A stretch of DNA of 64,000 nt from Camelus ferus (GCF_009834535.1 NC_045697.1:8930001-8994000), one strand, 5' to 3'. Positions 11,550-24,557 are shown, counted from the first letter of the stretch. Translations and numbers: made by a program. The notes: generated from the sequence alone by a model not told the origin.

Positions 11550-12539
11550 TTTTTTTCCACCTTTGCAGGAAAACAATATGAGGGGGAAATAATACTTGTA
11601 AGGTTTTCTGAGGAAGATGGAACAGAAAAGAGGGACGTGAGCAGTGTGATTTGAATGCTTGGTGGCACCATGTTAAAAGAGCCTGACGAAAGCTTTCTAT
11701 GTGGGCGTCCCCGTGCTGGAAACCTCTTATGGAGAGCCTCTAGACGTGTTAGGGCGCAGGCAACTTTTATAGGCCTTGGAAATCACTTCGTCTCTTTAAG
11801 ATGACTTGGCAGAGTTCTGTTTTGTCCCTTTTTTTTGTTGATTTATATACAGCTCTTAGGAAACAACCTTATTTCCCTTTTCCTCTAGACCCTGAGGTGC
11901 ATCACCTTGGCCTTTGCTTTGCTCCAAGGTCCCAGGGTGACATGGGAAGAAGGACCTGACCTTGAAGGGTTAAGCTCATTAATCCTTCATTGCTGTCTAC
12001 CCCTGGGCAATTCTCTGGAAGGAAAAAAGATTTCCCTGCCCTCTAAATCTGCTCTGCTCTGCACTCCTCCTGCCTCCTGGCCTGATCTCTGGCTCCTGTA
12101 TTCTAGGGCTCAGCAAGTGCCCAAAAGATGCTCCATTAGTATTTGTGGGATGACTAGTGGGTGAAAATGAATGACTGAAGTGAGCTCAGGGGGGATTTGC
12201 CCTTATTTTAAGCTCACTGCTGCACTCTCTGGAGGCAACCAATCCCCGGCCTCACTTGTAGCCCCCAGGACCAGTTCTTGCCTTTGGATTTCTGTGTCTC
12301 CCTCCTGAACCAGCAGCTGGCCCTCTAATGTCGTCTTGGGATGCTTTGCTCAATCACTGGAGCACCAACAAACAGATCTTGCCTTGGGCACAGCCTCTGC
12401 TCGTCCTCTTCTCAGCAAGCAGGCCTTCTACGACAGGTGCTTAGTTTCAGTCCTTCTACCTTGAGGAGGCCTTCTCTGCTCACTCCAGGCAGATGGAATT
12501 GCCTTCTCCCTAATAGGCTCCTATTTATATGAACTGCTA

Positions 12540-12995
12540 AACAAAGTCCGATTTCCTCATTTGCCGTGTTCTAGGCACTGCCAGGTGGGTAAGACGTAGC
12601 TGGACACAAGGGACAAAGAGCTGCAGTCCAGAGGGAGACAAGGCAAGTGATATATCGCCATCACACAGTGTGATAAGTGATGTTGCAGGAAAATAGGGCA
12701 CTGTGGGAGCACAGATGAGAAGCATCTAATCCAACCTGGAGGTTCCAAGGAAGCCTTTCTGAGGGGGTTGGCACTTGATCTTATAAGGGGGAAGAGATAG
12801 GCAATGGAAAGTGAGAAACGTGTTCCAAGTGAAGAGAATGATCAAAACGATAGGTGTCTGGTGTGTGCAGTAAATAGGAACAGATCTGTATTATTAGTGG
12901 TAAAAGCTGAAGCATGGTGGGCTGAGATGCAGGTGGCTGGAGGGCAGGTAGGAGTGAGGATGTGGAAGGCTTGGTACACTAAGCTGAGGTGTTAT
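12540..12995 (-). mobile_element. L2 fragment (left part, split by MER96B)
   Basis: acagtgtgataagtg...gcactgtgggagcacag...aaggaagcctttctgagg. Confidence 0.7.
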
Positions 12996-14538
12996 CAGGA
13001 CTGCAGCTACGGTGAGATGAGCGAGGCATGTGCTTTAAAGAGGCTCCAAAAACTTAGCAATCAAGATAAAAACATAAAAATTTTAAATAAAAACAAATCT
13101 GTATCACTGATATTTTTTCTTTTGCCTCAGGATCCTATATTGGCTCAGCATTGACACTGTTACTGGTCTTGTCTTAATTGCATTAAAATGTATTAATCTC
13201 TTCAACAGATGTTGCCTAACCAACTGTATATCCACATACAAAAGAATGAATTTGGACCCTTACCTCATATCACGCACACAAAAAAATTTAGCTGATATTA
13301 CATCGTAGTTCTAAATGTAAGAGCTAAAATGATAAAACTCCCATATGGAAACACCAGAATAAATCTTCATGATCTTGGGTTAAGCAATCATTTCGTAGGT
13401 ATGACATCAAAAACCACAAGTGATAAAGTTAAAGATTGGTAAGTGGGACTTCATCACACTTAAAAACGTTTGTGCTCCTAAGGATACCATCAAGAAAGAG
13501 AAAGTAGAGCTCAAAGAAAATGTGTGAAAATCATATATTTGTTAAGAGACTTGTATCCAGAATATATAAGGAACACTTACATCTCAATAACAAAAGGACA
13601 AATACCCAATTAAAAGACATTTCTTAGAAGAAGACATATGCTAATAAGCGTGTAAAGAGATGCTCAACATCCTTAGTCATTAGGTAAATGGAAACCAAAG
13701 ACACAATGAGATAATATCTCACATTCAGCAGACTGACTATAACAAAAAAGACAGCATGATAAATATTGCTGGTACTGTGGGAAAATTGGAACTCTCCTCT
13801 GTGGCTTGTGGTAACAAGAAATGGTGCAGCCACTTTGGAAAACAATTTGCTAGCTCCTCAAAAAGTCGAACAGAGATAAGTCATTTGATCTAGCAAGTCT
13901 GTTACTAGATATTCTCCCCAAAGAAATGAAAACATATGTCCATACAAAACTTGTACATAGATGTTGTTAGCAGCATTATTCATAGTAGCCAAAAGATAGA
14001 AACAAGCCAAATATCTATCCATTTTCTTGAATGGATCAACAAATGTGGCATATCCGTATGATGGAATATTATTTAACCACGAAAATGGATTGAACTACTG
14101 ATACGTGTTGAAACATAGATGACCCTTAAAAGCATATGCTAAGTGAAGGAAGCCAGTCAAAAAGACCACATATTATTTTATTCCATTTTCTATGAAATAT
14201 CCAGAATAGGAAAATATGGAGAGATAGAATGTCGATTACTGATTGCTTAGGCCTGGAGGGAGTGACAAGAGTGCTGGAGAGTGATTGTTAGTGGGTACAA
14301 GGTTACTTTTGGGGGTGATAAAACTGTTATAAAATTAGAGTATAGTAATGGTTGCACAGTTTTATCAGTATACTAAACCACTGAATTGTACACTTCAAAC
14401 AGATCAACTTTTTGGTAAGTAAATTATATTGCAATAAAGTTAACATTATTCATCGTGATTACTGAGTGTCTTGGCACCTCCTTACATTTTGTCCCTGGGG
14501 GAAAGTGCCTCACTTGTCTCACCCTAGTGCAGGCCCTG
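12996..14538. mobile_element. MER96B-like palindromic hAT MITE, interrupted by L1
   Basis: Left end caggactgcagctacggtgagatgagcgaggca is inverted relative to right end tgcctcacttgtctcaccctagtgcaggccctg; degenerate 8-bp TSD ggtgttat (12988-12995) / ggagttag (14539-14546). Confidence 0.75.
13195..14443 (+). mobile_element. L1MB7/8-like 3' fragment (ORF2 end plus 3'UTR)
   Basis: tcttcaacagatgttgc...aaatggtgcagccactttggaaaac...ccactgaattgtacacttcaaac...aataaagtt. Confidence 0.9.
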
Positions 14539-14880
14539 GGAGTTAGACTTCATCATGTTTTCTATAGGAAACCTTTGAAGGGTTTAAAGCAGGGGATGGT
14601 CAGATTTTCCTACCGGACAGGTGCCTTCACTGCAGTATGGAGGGTGGTTAGAGATGGGTCACACCAGGGACCCAGCAGGGAGGTGGCTGGGAGAGCTTCT
14701 CCCTGATGCATGAACATGGTGCAGGGTATGTGTATGGAGGGCTGGTTAGGAGCTTGGATTGGGAGGGAAAGGTCTAGGGTGTCTCCCAGGCTTCTGGGTT
14801 GGGTGACTTGGTCAACCTCAGTACCACTGAGTTTTGAACTTGGTTGAGTCTGGGCTGCTTGTGAAGTACCCAGGAGATTA
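14539..14880 (-). mobile_element. L2 fragment (right part)
   Basis: ggagttagacttcatc...ttgaagggtttaaagcagggga...ctcccaggcttctgggttgggtgact continues the 12540-12995 piece. Confidence 0.7.
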
Positions 14881-14959
14881 TACACCACCAGCTCATTATT
14901 ACATTGCATTAGGTCCTTGCTTAAACCTTATGGGAGTCTACTGCTTTTAGTGAGCCCCA

Positions 14960-15255
14960 GCCCTGCTGCCGTGGGCTCCCCTCCTGGGCTCTGAATGGGA
15001 CCTCTGTCCACCTCTCCAGCTCCATGTCACTCACCCTCCCCCCAACTCCCTCAGTGCAGACATTCAGGCCTCCGTTCTGCTCCTGGAGCATGTCAAGGCA
15101 TGTCCTCCCTCTGGGACTCATTACTCAGTTCTTCTGTCTGCAATCTTCCTCCCTCAGCTCTGTTTATGGTTGCCTCCTATTTTTTAGTGTTTGCCTGGAC
15201 TGTTGTATTTTCATGAGGCCTCTTAAAGGGCCCTTTCCACTTACCTTTTATATTG
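14960..15255 (+). mobile_element. L2 fragment
   Basis: cacctctccagctcc...ggcctccgttctgctcctggagcatgtcaag; probably resumes after the MLT1D at ~15760-15860. Confidence 0.55.
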
Positions 15256-15266
15256 TTGTCATTCGA

Positions 15267-15757
15267 TGTATTAATTTCCTATGGTGGCTGTAACAAATCC
15301 CTATAGACTTGCTGGCTGGATACAACAGGAACTTACTATCTTACAGTTCTGTAGGTTAGAAGTAGAGGCACGGGTCTCACTGGACTGCAGTCAAGGTGTT
15401 GGTGGGGCTGTGTTCGTTTTCCTAAGGAAGGATCCATTTCTGTGCCCTTTCCACCTTCTACAGCTCCTCGTGATGCCTTTCTTCCATCTTCAAAGCCAGC
15501 AACTTTGCATCTCTGGGCATTCTTCTCTCAGGCCCTCCTCTTCTGCCCACCTCCTCCACTTTTAAGGACCCTTGATGACACAGGGCCCACCCAGAGATCC
15601 CAGGCTACTCTATGTTAAGGTCAGCTGATTAGAAACCTTAATTCCACCTTCAACCTTATATCTCCTTTGCCAGGTAACCTAACATATTCTCAAAACATAG
15701 CAGGTTTTGAGATTAGGATGTGGACATCTTTGAGAAGGAGAATTACTCTGTCTACCA
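15267..15757 (-). mobile_element. MaLR solo LTR, MLT1D-like
   Basis: tgtattaatttcctatggtggctgtaacaaat...ttaaggtcagctgattagaaaccttaattcc...gattaggatgtggacatctttg. Confidence 0.9.
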
Positions 15758-16464
15758 GCTTCAGTCCTTCACCAGTACTTTCACAGTCTTCATCATCCTG
15801 CTGACTTAACTGTTTTTCATACACACTAGGATTTAAACTCACGGGAATCTTCCGCCTGTTGACACAGGCAAAATCTGGAGTGGATGAGAATGCGGAAGAG
15901 AATGGTTCTCAAGCACGTCTGTCCGTCAGAAGGTGTTCCTTTGTTCACATACTCAACAGTGTTTACTAAGCACCTCCTTAGTACCAGACAGACACTGTTC
16001 CTGTGGGATGTATCAGTTCCGTTGGGATATAATCCAGTAAAGGTGTTACATCTCCCAGATCTTACATCTTTTGTAGAGCTTTAAATAACACAGATGCCTG
16101 GGCCCCCTCAGCCACTCTGGAAACCTAGCCATGTTGATGAAGATGGCTAATCACTAAATGGTAAGTTAGAATTATTTGAATCTATTTTTTTCCCTATATT
16201 TTGACCCTCATCCAGAGATAGAATCTTTTTGGAACAGTGCTTCTAAAACCATCTGTGGCGAAGGACAAATTGTTTTCTAATTTCCAATCCATTTGGGATA
16301 CTTTTGGAAAAATACGAAAAATAAAAATTGATTGCTAGAAAAATGAAAGGTTGCTTGGTTGTCGTGATGTCGAATGTCTGTAAAAGTTTCTGAGCACTCT
16401 GGATTTCTACGCTAACGTTGTCATAGGCAGATGACAAACATTTCTCAGAGCATCCCCCACCCTG

Positions 16465-16605
16465 CGTCTCTGACTTAGTCTCAATCTTTCATCTGTAAAA
16501 CGGGGAATAATTTTTCATATGGAGAGTTATTGAGGATATGATTGGATAATGTAAATCACCAAGGTCATTGCCTGGCTTAATAAGTGATAGTTTTTAATGC
16601 CATAG
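16465..16605 (+). mobile_element. MIR SINE
   Basis: tctcaatctttcatctgtaaaacggggaataat...gttattgaggat. Confidence 0.7.
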
Positions 16606-17269
16606 TTATTCTGCCTTAATATTTCTTAATAATACTATAATATTCAATTTTTGGTGTCATGAAAGCAAATTGGGGGCCTTTATTTCTCTGGCAGAAAGCA
16701 GTATCTTGCTAGCTCATTCTGAAAACAATGTAGATTCTGAGTATCTGTGCTTGGGATTTGTTTTTGCCTACAAACAACAATGCAGGGAAAACATGCCACT
16801 GAATACTGTTGATGAATAATAATCATTGAGAAACCCCACTTGTTTTTTAAACACCAGCCAGATGTTACCCTTCCCCATTGCAAACCATGCCCACCCTCCG
16901 GCCCATTAGACAAAATGCTGGCTGTCACCAGCTGACAAGGTCTGGGGATTGACTCTTTTTAAATAGCCACAAGGTTATGGGGATTAAACGTTCTCCAGGG
17001 AGTCACTGGAAAAGTCGAACGTCAGCATTGCCTTTTTCCCTTGAAGATGGCTCAGTGACATTTTCAGAAAGGAGGGACCACTGCAAGCTGTCAGCCTGGA
17101 ATGGGGAACACAGGGTTAGATGCAAAGTGAGAAGGTTACTCACCACCTGGATATGCAGCTGTAATTTCATTCAGAGAAGCAGCCTTAATGTGAGATCACA
17201 GAGAACTAATTTGAAGGCTGGAAAACAGACACAAAGCCTGAAAGAAGAGAGTCAACTTGGCAGAAGACA

Positions 17270-17430
17270 GACAGCAAGAGCTTTGGCAGTACAGTGTCCT
17301 GGATTTGCATCTCAGCCCCAGTGTTTGCTGACTCTGTGCCCTCAGGCACATGACATAGCCTCTTGGACAATGGAACTTCCCTTCTGGGGTCACCCTGGGT
17401 GTTAGTGATACTGCGTGTGGGTGTGGCACT
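17270..17430 (+). mobile_element. MIR SINE (degenerate)
   Basis: agagctttggcagtacagtgtcctggatttgcatctcagcccc...actctgtgccctcaggca. Confidence 0.55.
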
Positions 17431-17696
17431 TGGTGAGTGACCCGTGGAGTCTAGCTTTGCTGATCTTGTCTCAGCCACCCAGACAACAAAGTGGACCCAA
17501 AATTCCCATAGCCCCCTTTTCCCCTTTGTCACATCTTTTAAATCTTTGTCCACGGATGACTCAAGCTAAAGCTCGTGCATTGTGGATACCAGTTTTTTCC
17601 ACAATCACACACACCGACTGTTTCTTCTGAATGTCTATCTAGACACAAAACTTATGTCCTTAACAAGAAATGCACATATGCCAACCATCACGTGGG

Positions 17697-17767
17697 GGTG
17701 TGTGTGTATGTGTTTGTATGTGTGTGTATGTGTTTGTGTGTGTGTGTATTTGTGCGCGCGCGTGTGC
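17697..17767. repeat. Imperfect (TG)n/(CG)n microsatellite
   Basis: Interrupted alternating purine-pyrimidine tract ending gcgcgcgcgtgtgc. Confidence 0.9.
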
Positions 17768-18392
17768 ATATTCTGTGCTTGGTTGTTTTCACTAAAGGTC
17801 TGTAGTGTCATTGAGGAAGAGTCTTGTGTTGGGCTCATCATTCTGTTAAAGATACTGTAGTGGAGTTTTGGTTTTCAGAGTCTCTACTAGGCTAAGGTAG
17901 ATTTAAAAAGCTCAAGTTTCTTCTTTGAGAAGAAAAGTGTGGAATAAAAATCACATAAGTTTCCTTCACTGAATGGGAAGAATGAACAATGAGCCTTGCA
18001 GAGAAAGGACACAGCCTAAGTGGACTTAAAAATATTTGCTTATGGAGGTGCAGGGCTCTGAATTTCCTTTCTTTGTGGTGACAAGAAAGTGGAGAGATTC
18101 AAAATATTTATGATGCAGTGAGTTAATCAAAGCCCATTGTTAGCTGGCTAATCAGCTTGGGGCAAAGGTGTCAGGTGAAATTAAATTTGCCTCTGCTCTG
18201 TGCTTTATCTCCTGTTAGAGCTCAGATAAGAACTCTCCCAAATCCAAGAGGTGTCAACTGAAATGAAAAATTAAGAGAACTTGTTTTTGAGGGCTTAGGA
18301 TCTGACCCTGTAAACCTGAGGACTGTGATAAAGCCAGTAGTTGTGAAACACAGTTTGGAGAGTTGAAGCTATCGGCACATCGATTGAAGCAA

Positions 18393-18594
18393 CTGCCACA
18401 TTTAAAAAAAATCTAAGATGCCACTGATGATAAGACTCCCCCATTCTTCTCCTTCCCTCTTAGAAAGAAAGAAAAAAAAAAGAGCAAAACATCGCCAATC
18501 AACATGAGCACATCATCAGTTGTAAGATGAATCCTGATCCCAGGGAAATTAAAGTGTGAAAAAATATGTGCATCTTAGAATGGATGCACTACTG
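18393..18594 (-). mobile_element. MER104-like Tc1/mariner MITE
   Basis: Inverted subterminal tctaagatgc / gcatcttaga; internal agaaagaaa...gccaatcaa...tgtaagatg...tgtgaaaaaatatgtgcatcttagaat. Confidence 0.65.
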
Positions 18595-19489
18595 TCGTTT
18601 ATGGATCAACCACTGTAAATTGTTGTTGATCACGTAAACCGTGAAACAAACCTCACTAAACTTATTTTAATTTGGCCCCACTATACATCTTGCAGATCTC
18701 ACCTCAGTCCCTTATGTCTGCTTTTTTTCATCCTGCCTCAAGCCGAGGGCAGATAGAAGCAGGGAGTCCCTCACTTCATATTTAAATTCCAGAAGAAGTC
18801 TCAGCCACTGAAGTCCCATCTCCTCTGGGATTCCCTCCTCTCTCTTCTCCAACCAACGTGAAAGCTTGATTCCTCCTAGGAATTTTCCTCCTAGTTTTTC
18901 TCTTGGGAGATCTCCAACTTCTTCATCTCTTTATATTAAGCAGAGCATGTTCTTCCTTCCCAGATCATGTCCCTAGATTTATGGAGCAAAGACAACTAGC
19001 AGTTTAACAAAACAACGTTCCCTCAGCCGGAAAAAAATCTATCTTCTTTTAGAAAACAGCAGAATAAGCGTCTATTGCTGGTTGTGCGTGTTCCCTGGGG
19101 CCTCACCCCTTAGCTGAGATACCTCGTCTACTATTCATTCTCAAACAAAAATTCAGGGTCTTTCACAAAGGAGAGTCTTGCATTAGCTGCGAAGATAATC
19201 TTTCTCCAGTGTCATTGTCTGTGTATCTAACGCTCTGAGTATATGTGTGTAAGATCGGGATTAATGAGAAGCAGTTTATGATCCACCTGGGGCTGGTGAA
19301 GCAGGGCTACTTTCCTGTGTGTAGCGGGGACCATTCTGGGGAGTAACATGGTGGTTTGTTTCAGTCTCCTCTCCTAAACTGCAACGCGAGGCTTGTCTGA
19401 GAGACAGAAACCACACGCTAGTGGGGGGTCCTTGCTCAGGCAGTAGATTTGAATTTGGGTAATTTTTGGCTTGACGTCTTACCGTGATT

Positions 19490-19640
19490 AGTACCGCTAG
19501 TAGCAAATAGGACTTGAGTACTTTCTGGGTGTGAGGCCCTGTAATATGGAGGAAGAAGCTATTTTGACTCATATGTTACATACTGGAAAATGGAGGCTCA
19601 AGGTTCTAAGTGACTTACTTGTTCAAGGTCACAAAGCATT
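19490..19640 (-). mobile_element. MIR SINE
   Basis: ggaaaatggaggctcaaggttctaagtgacttacttgttcaaggtcacaaagc. Confidence 0.6.
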
Positions 19641-21289
19641 TTGGAGAAAAATAATGATGATGATGGTGATAATTTTGGTCTTTGAAGACCGTTCTTTTCA
19701 TAATAGAGTTTGAGTAACTAAGATGACCTGGGATTCTAGGTAAGTGGTTGTGAAACAAATGTGAACCAATCCTGGAATTTCAAACTGTTCCAGGAGGCTT
19801 GGGCCACAAACTGAAGCCTGGGCATGATGAGGGCAGAGTGAAATGGGGGTCTGGACTTTCTCCTTTGTCGAGGATCTCTTGTCTGAGGAGCCGGGGGCCC
19901 TGAGTGAGGGAGGCTAACATTGACTTCCTCATGAACTCTTTTAACACTTTAAATTTCACTTTCAGATGCACAGCCTAGCACAGAACATGCATAAATCCAT
20001 CCGTTCCTCTCACAACTATATAGCATATCTCATAATTTAGCCACTGTAAAAATGAGTAAGAACAATTACCAATGCAGAGCAAAAGACAGTGAACTTATAA
20101 CTGGTTATAAGTCAATGAAATCTCATTATTAAGAAACGTAATGACCCTAATGAATATCCTGGTTTTCTGGTCTCCCCATAAATCAGGAGGCCAGCTCCTG
20201 TGCATTCCCGGTTTTAGTGTCAGGGCTGATGCAGGGCTGTTCGGAACCCACTTTTTTCCTTCTTGATCTTTGTTTTCATGCTGAAGTTAGTCAAGGGATT
20301 CTGTGGTGTGGCAGATAAAGAGAAGTGGGCTGTGAGGCGTCAGGTCCCCTCCATCCTGGCTGAGTCCCTGTTGTAGACATCCATGTGGACTTGGGGCCGA
20401 CTTGGGACCTGACAGGGCCTGAAGACCAGGTAGGCTTTGGGAGTAAGAACAAAGAGGAGTGAATGCTGACTCTTACCTTGGAAAGTGGGTTTCAGTGGGT
20501 TTTTTGGAGACGCGACCAAAGGAGGGAGGAGCAAGTTTGGGACCAAAAATCATGGTTTGGGGCATTTGGAACTTGACAGATATCATTTCTTTATGATATT
20601 TCTGTGCAAATGGATCGTCAGCACTGGACCTTGGGAAAGAGGTTTGCTAGGGGTCTTGGGGCAGATGAGGGAGAAAAGATGAATGGAAGGCAAGTGGAGA
20701 ACTCCATGGAGACTCCTGCTTCAGGCTCCTTAAGGTCTTACGATGAAGCCAAATACATCATTTAAATGTCTGAGCAATGTCATCTCCTACTTACACCTTT
20801 GTCTGCCAGAAATAATGAAATACACTTCCAGTGTAATGGCCCAAGTCTTGTCGCCAGGGATCTACACTTTGTATTGTCTCCTTTTCTCCTGCCAGGAAAG
20901 ATAGCCCATTTGCTTAATAAGGAAATTTGTACTATTTTCTCACTTGCCTACAGACATTAGGCTTCAGGTAAGATGTAGGTCTTTCCTTTACTTTCTAAAT
21001 ATGCCCAGCGGTTGGAATGTGTGTGCCTAATGGGAAAAATATGTGTGCTGAGATACGTGAGGGCTATAAAAGGCTAGCTTAGTGTCCAAAATTAGTAAGA
21101 CAAAGCTGGGGCAGTTGATTCAGGATTTGTCTGAGCGGTGTGTTAGGGGACTTAAGAAAAGCTTCAGATGGCTTAGAGGTGATAGTGCTTCAGAAACGGG
21201 CAAGACCGGCCTGCCCCCCTCCAGCGCTGCTGGTCCCGCAGTGGTCTCTGACTGCTTTCCCTTCAGCAGGCAGAGGCTTTATCGTCATC

Positions 21290-21500
21290 ACTAATGTTAA
21301 CAACTCTTTATACTTGGAAAGCCCTGTATGTGATTTCTGTCATCACGTTCCCCGTGATAGTCCCGAGAAGGAGACCTAGCAGGTAATTATTAATCTCCTC
21401 TTCCAGGGGTAGAGGGTGGGGGGTACTGAGACCCCGAGAGGTTAATGGCTTTGCCCAATGACATGCACTGAGTAAGCAGCAAAGCTGAGATTACAGTTGT
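21290..21500 (-). mobile_element. MIR SINE
   Basis: actgagaccccgagaggttaatggctttgcccaatgacatgcactgagtaagcagc. Confidence 0.6.
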
Positions 21501-21544
21501 CACCCCCACGCATTCCCGCATTCAGTGCTGCTCTCCCAGTGTGA

Positions 21545-22170
21545 GCCTCATCGTTCCTCATTTGGACCATTATAACAGCTGGCAGTGTGATGGCCCCATG
21601 TCTCACCAGTCTGCTTCTTTAATTTTTGATTTATGCTGTAGTAGAGTCATCTTCCCCTAACAGGGCTTAAATCATGTCTGTTTTCATCTTTTAAAAAATC
21701 TTTAATGTCTCCCCACAGCCTACCAGCAAAGGTCCAACATCCTTGCAAGGTGCTCAAGGCCTTTGACAATCTGGTCCCAGATGACGTACCCTAGATATTC
21801 TAACAACACTGGAGTACTCCTTATTTGCCAAATATGCCTTCTACTTACCTCGCTAAGCATTTGTTTGTACTAGTCCTTCAGCCTGGAACACTTTTTTTCT
21901 CTTTCACCTGTAATTTAAATCCCGCTCATCCTTTAAGGTTCAGTTCAAGTGCCACCTCTTTTATGGAGTACTGTCTGATCGCCTCAGTCAAAACCAATAT
22001 CCCCTTCTTCTCTGTTGTTATAGCACTCACTCTGTGCTATGGTTCATGGTGCCCAAACCTGAACTTCCTCTGCACTTTGAGTTATCTGAGGGAGGATAGG
22101 AACTACCTTCTTCTTCACTCATGCCATGGTAGATACTTAGTAAACACTCAATGAATACATTTGTTAATAG
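21545..22170 (+). mobile_element. L2 3' fragment
   Basis: aaaggtccaacatcctt...ctcaaggcctttgacaatctgg...cctggaacact...gtagatacttagtaaacact...gaatac. Confidence 0.7.
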
Positions 22171-22249
22171 GACATGCCAGTATCCCAGGAAAGTCAAAAA
22201 GCAAGGAGACATACTTTGTGTTGGACTTAGAGAGAATGTTCCTACTAAC

Positions 22250-22415
22250 TGGTCTTTGTTGCAAAAGCTCCTAGATATCCTGGCTCCTCCCTTGCCTCTT
22301 CAGAGCAGTCTCAGAGCGATCTGAGAGGCTGCCTCCCAGGGTTCGAGTCCTCAGAGTGTCTGCTGAGTAAAACATAACTCTCAGCTTGCAGGTTGTGCAC
22401 TTTTTTAGTTGATAG
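22250..22415 (+). mobile_element. ERV1 LTR 3' portion (MER34-like)
   Basis: cctggctcctcccttgcctcttcagagcagtctcagagcgatctgagaggctg...taaaacataactc...ggttgtgcacttttttagttgata. Confidence 0.65.
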
Positions 22416-24557
22416 ATTCATTATTTCTTTCTCCCAAGAGGATGCTGAAACTCTGAGAGGTTGGGTAATTGGCTCAAGGACACTGAGCAGATAAGTAGCA
22501 GAAGCTACATGTGATTCTCTGCTGCAAAAACCAGGTCATGCTCTTTTCTCCCTCTTGTGGGAGCCCTTTGAGTGTGAAATGCCTTACCCAGAGCACAGGG
22601 TGAGCTGGTGACAGCCCTGTACCTGATCCCAGTGTGGTGACTCCTGATGCTCTGAGCTCTGCGCCTCACACGCCACCCTCCATCCCTCTTCTCTCCCTTC
22701 TCTAGGTCTGAAGATGTGAACCAGTCCTTGGAAGATGGTCTGCCAGCTACTGAGTGGAAAAATACCGTTAGAGAAACAAGGAAGGGAAAAAAAAAAGCGA
22801 AGAGGAGAGGCAAACACCTTATTTACCACTCTTGACTTCATTACAAAAGATCTGCAAAGCTCACAAAAAGAATCAACCTGCAAATCATGTTACGGCTAAT
22901 AAAACAGTAATTTAAACACCCCTGGCTCTACCTGCAGTGTCCCTGAGGTTCTCACAATGCCCTTTCTGTGTTTTATTTTAGGGCCCAGTACAAAAGGTGT
23001 TCACCTTAACGTAATTAACTTTTTATCATTAAGATTCTGAAAAATTGAATTGTGTTGGACACAGGTCACTGTAATGAGAATTTAATGGCGACATATTACA
23101 ATGTGAGCTAAGCTTTGAATACCTGCTAGAGGCGTCACATTGCTACTGACCTATGCAAATTTCCATCTCAGTGGCCCCCATTCTTCCCACTGTGGCTTTC
23201 GGCCCCCTCCCCGCTTTCCTCTCATCTCCTTAAACAATGATTCCCTCATTTTCATATTAATTGCATCACTTAACTGAGATAATGCTCCCTCTGAAATGAG
23301 CAAAGGGATGAATCACTGAAACGGGCCATTATTCTTTTTGCTTAACCAATTTCACAGGCCCGCACAAAGCACTGCCTTCATTTGGTTTCCTATAATTGCT
23401 TATCATTAGGCCCAGCCGCCCCACGAAGCACCTTTTTATTTATTTAAGTCTCATCTCTGATGGATGCAAAATGAGTCACTTGCGTATCTGAGGAGCCCAG
23501 ACGGTTCCAGGCAAGGGGGTGGTAGGGTTACCCAGGAGAACTCGGAAGGCAGAAATCAAGAAGAAGCACCCCCAGGTGAATGTCCCTGCCCCTTCCCCTT
23601 TCCCCATGGGTTTCCCAGGGAGAGGCACAGCTATCAGGTGACCACAGGGCATCCTGCAGCAGTGCCCCCGGCTCCCTATAATCGAGAGAAGAGAGGAGAG
23701 AGAGCTTGACCTGCGTGATGGTGGCATCTCGGTACCCGCAGCAGGTGTGTGAGGCTGTCCAGGTGCCCAGTTCCCTGGGAAACACAGTCCCACCTCCATG
23801 TCTGAGGCAGGTAAGAGGCTGCAGGCTGGCCTTGATTTTCATATTCTGGTCCCATCAACACGAGGTGGCTAAAGGAACACTGTGAAAGATTTCTAAGCAT
23901 TCATTCTCCCTCCCTTCTCTTCCTCTCCTTCAGGAGGTGTGGAATGGTGAAGAAGAGGGGGAGAAGGAAAGGACATTTTCTGGGGAAAATTAGTCTGTTA
24001 TCAGCCACAGACATATTCAGAACATCACCAGGAGAGAATGGCTGCCTCGCTAGGAAAAGGAAAAACTCCCATTAGCCTGTCAGGAGATCTGGGCCAAAGC
24101 GTTCCCTGGAGGGTCCCTGGGAGCACACTGAGCACACCATGTACTTTTGTTGGTGTGGATGAGAGGGCCTGTCTCAGAGCTAGCTGCCAAGGGCCTTGGG
24201 ATCCCCTGTGTCACAATATTGTTTCTTAGAGGTCACTGCCCTGACTCACTGTCACCTGTCTGCTTGGTGGCTGCTGTAACTCTGCCTGTAAGTCCCACCC
24301 ACCTTTGTGCTCAGCCCTCACCAGGGCTTCTCAGTTTGGCAGCCCGCCCTCACATTAACCCATCAGGAGGGTGACAGGGGACAAAGAGCTTCTCTGAGAA
24401 CGAAACTCATTTCCTTTTGTTTCTTTGTTTGTGATGTTCCTAGGGAGGCTGATAGGGACAGAAATCCATCCCACAGTGTTGTCCTCCTTGTCACACCAGG
24501 GAGATGACCTGTGTGAGGAGACCTGGGGCCCTTGGTTTAGGGTAGGGGTTTCAGAGA

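Noticed and set aside
23120..23137. CTCF-like motif cctgctagaggcgtc
   Set aside because: Several mismatches in the core; too weak to call
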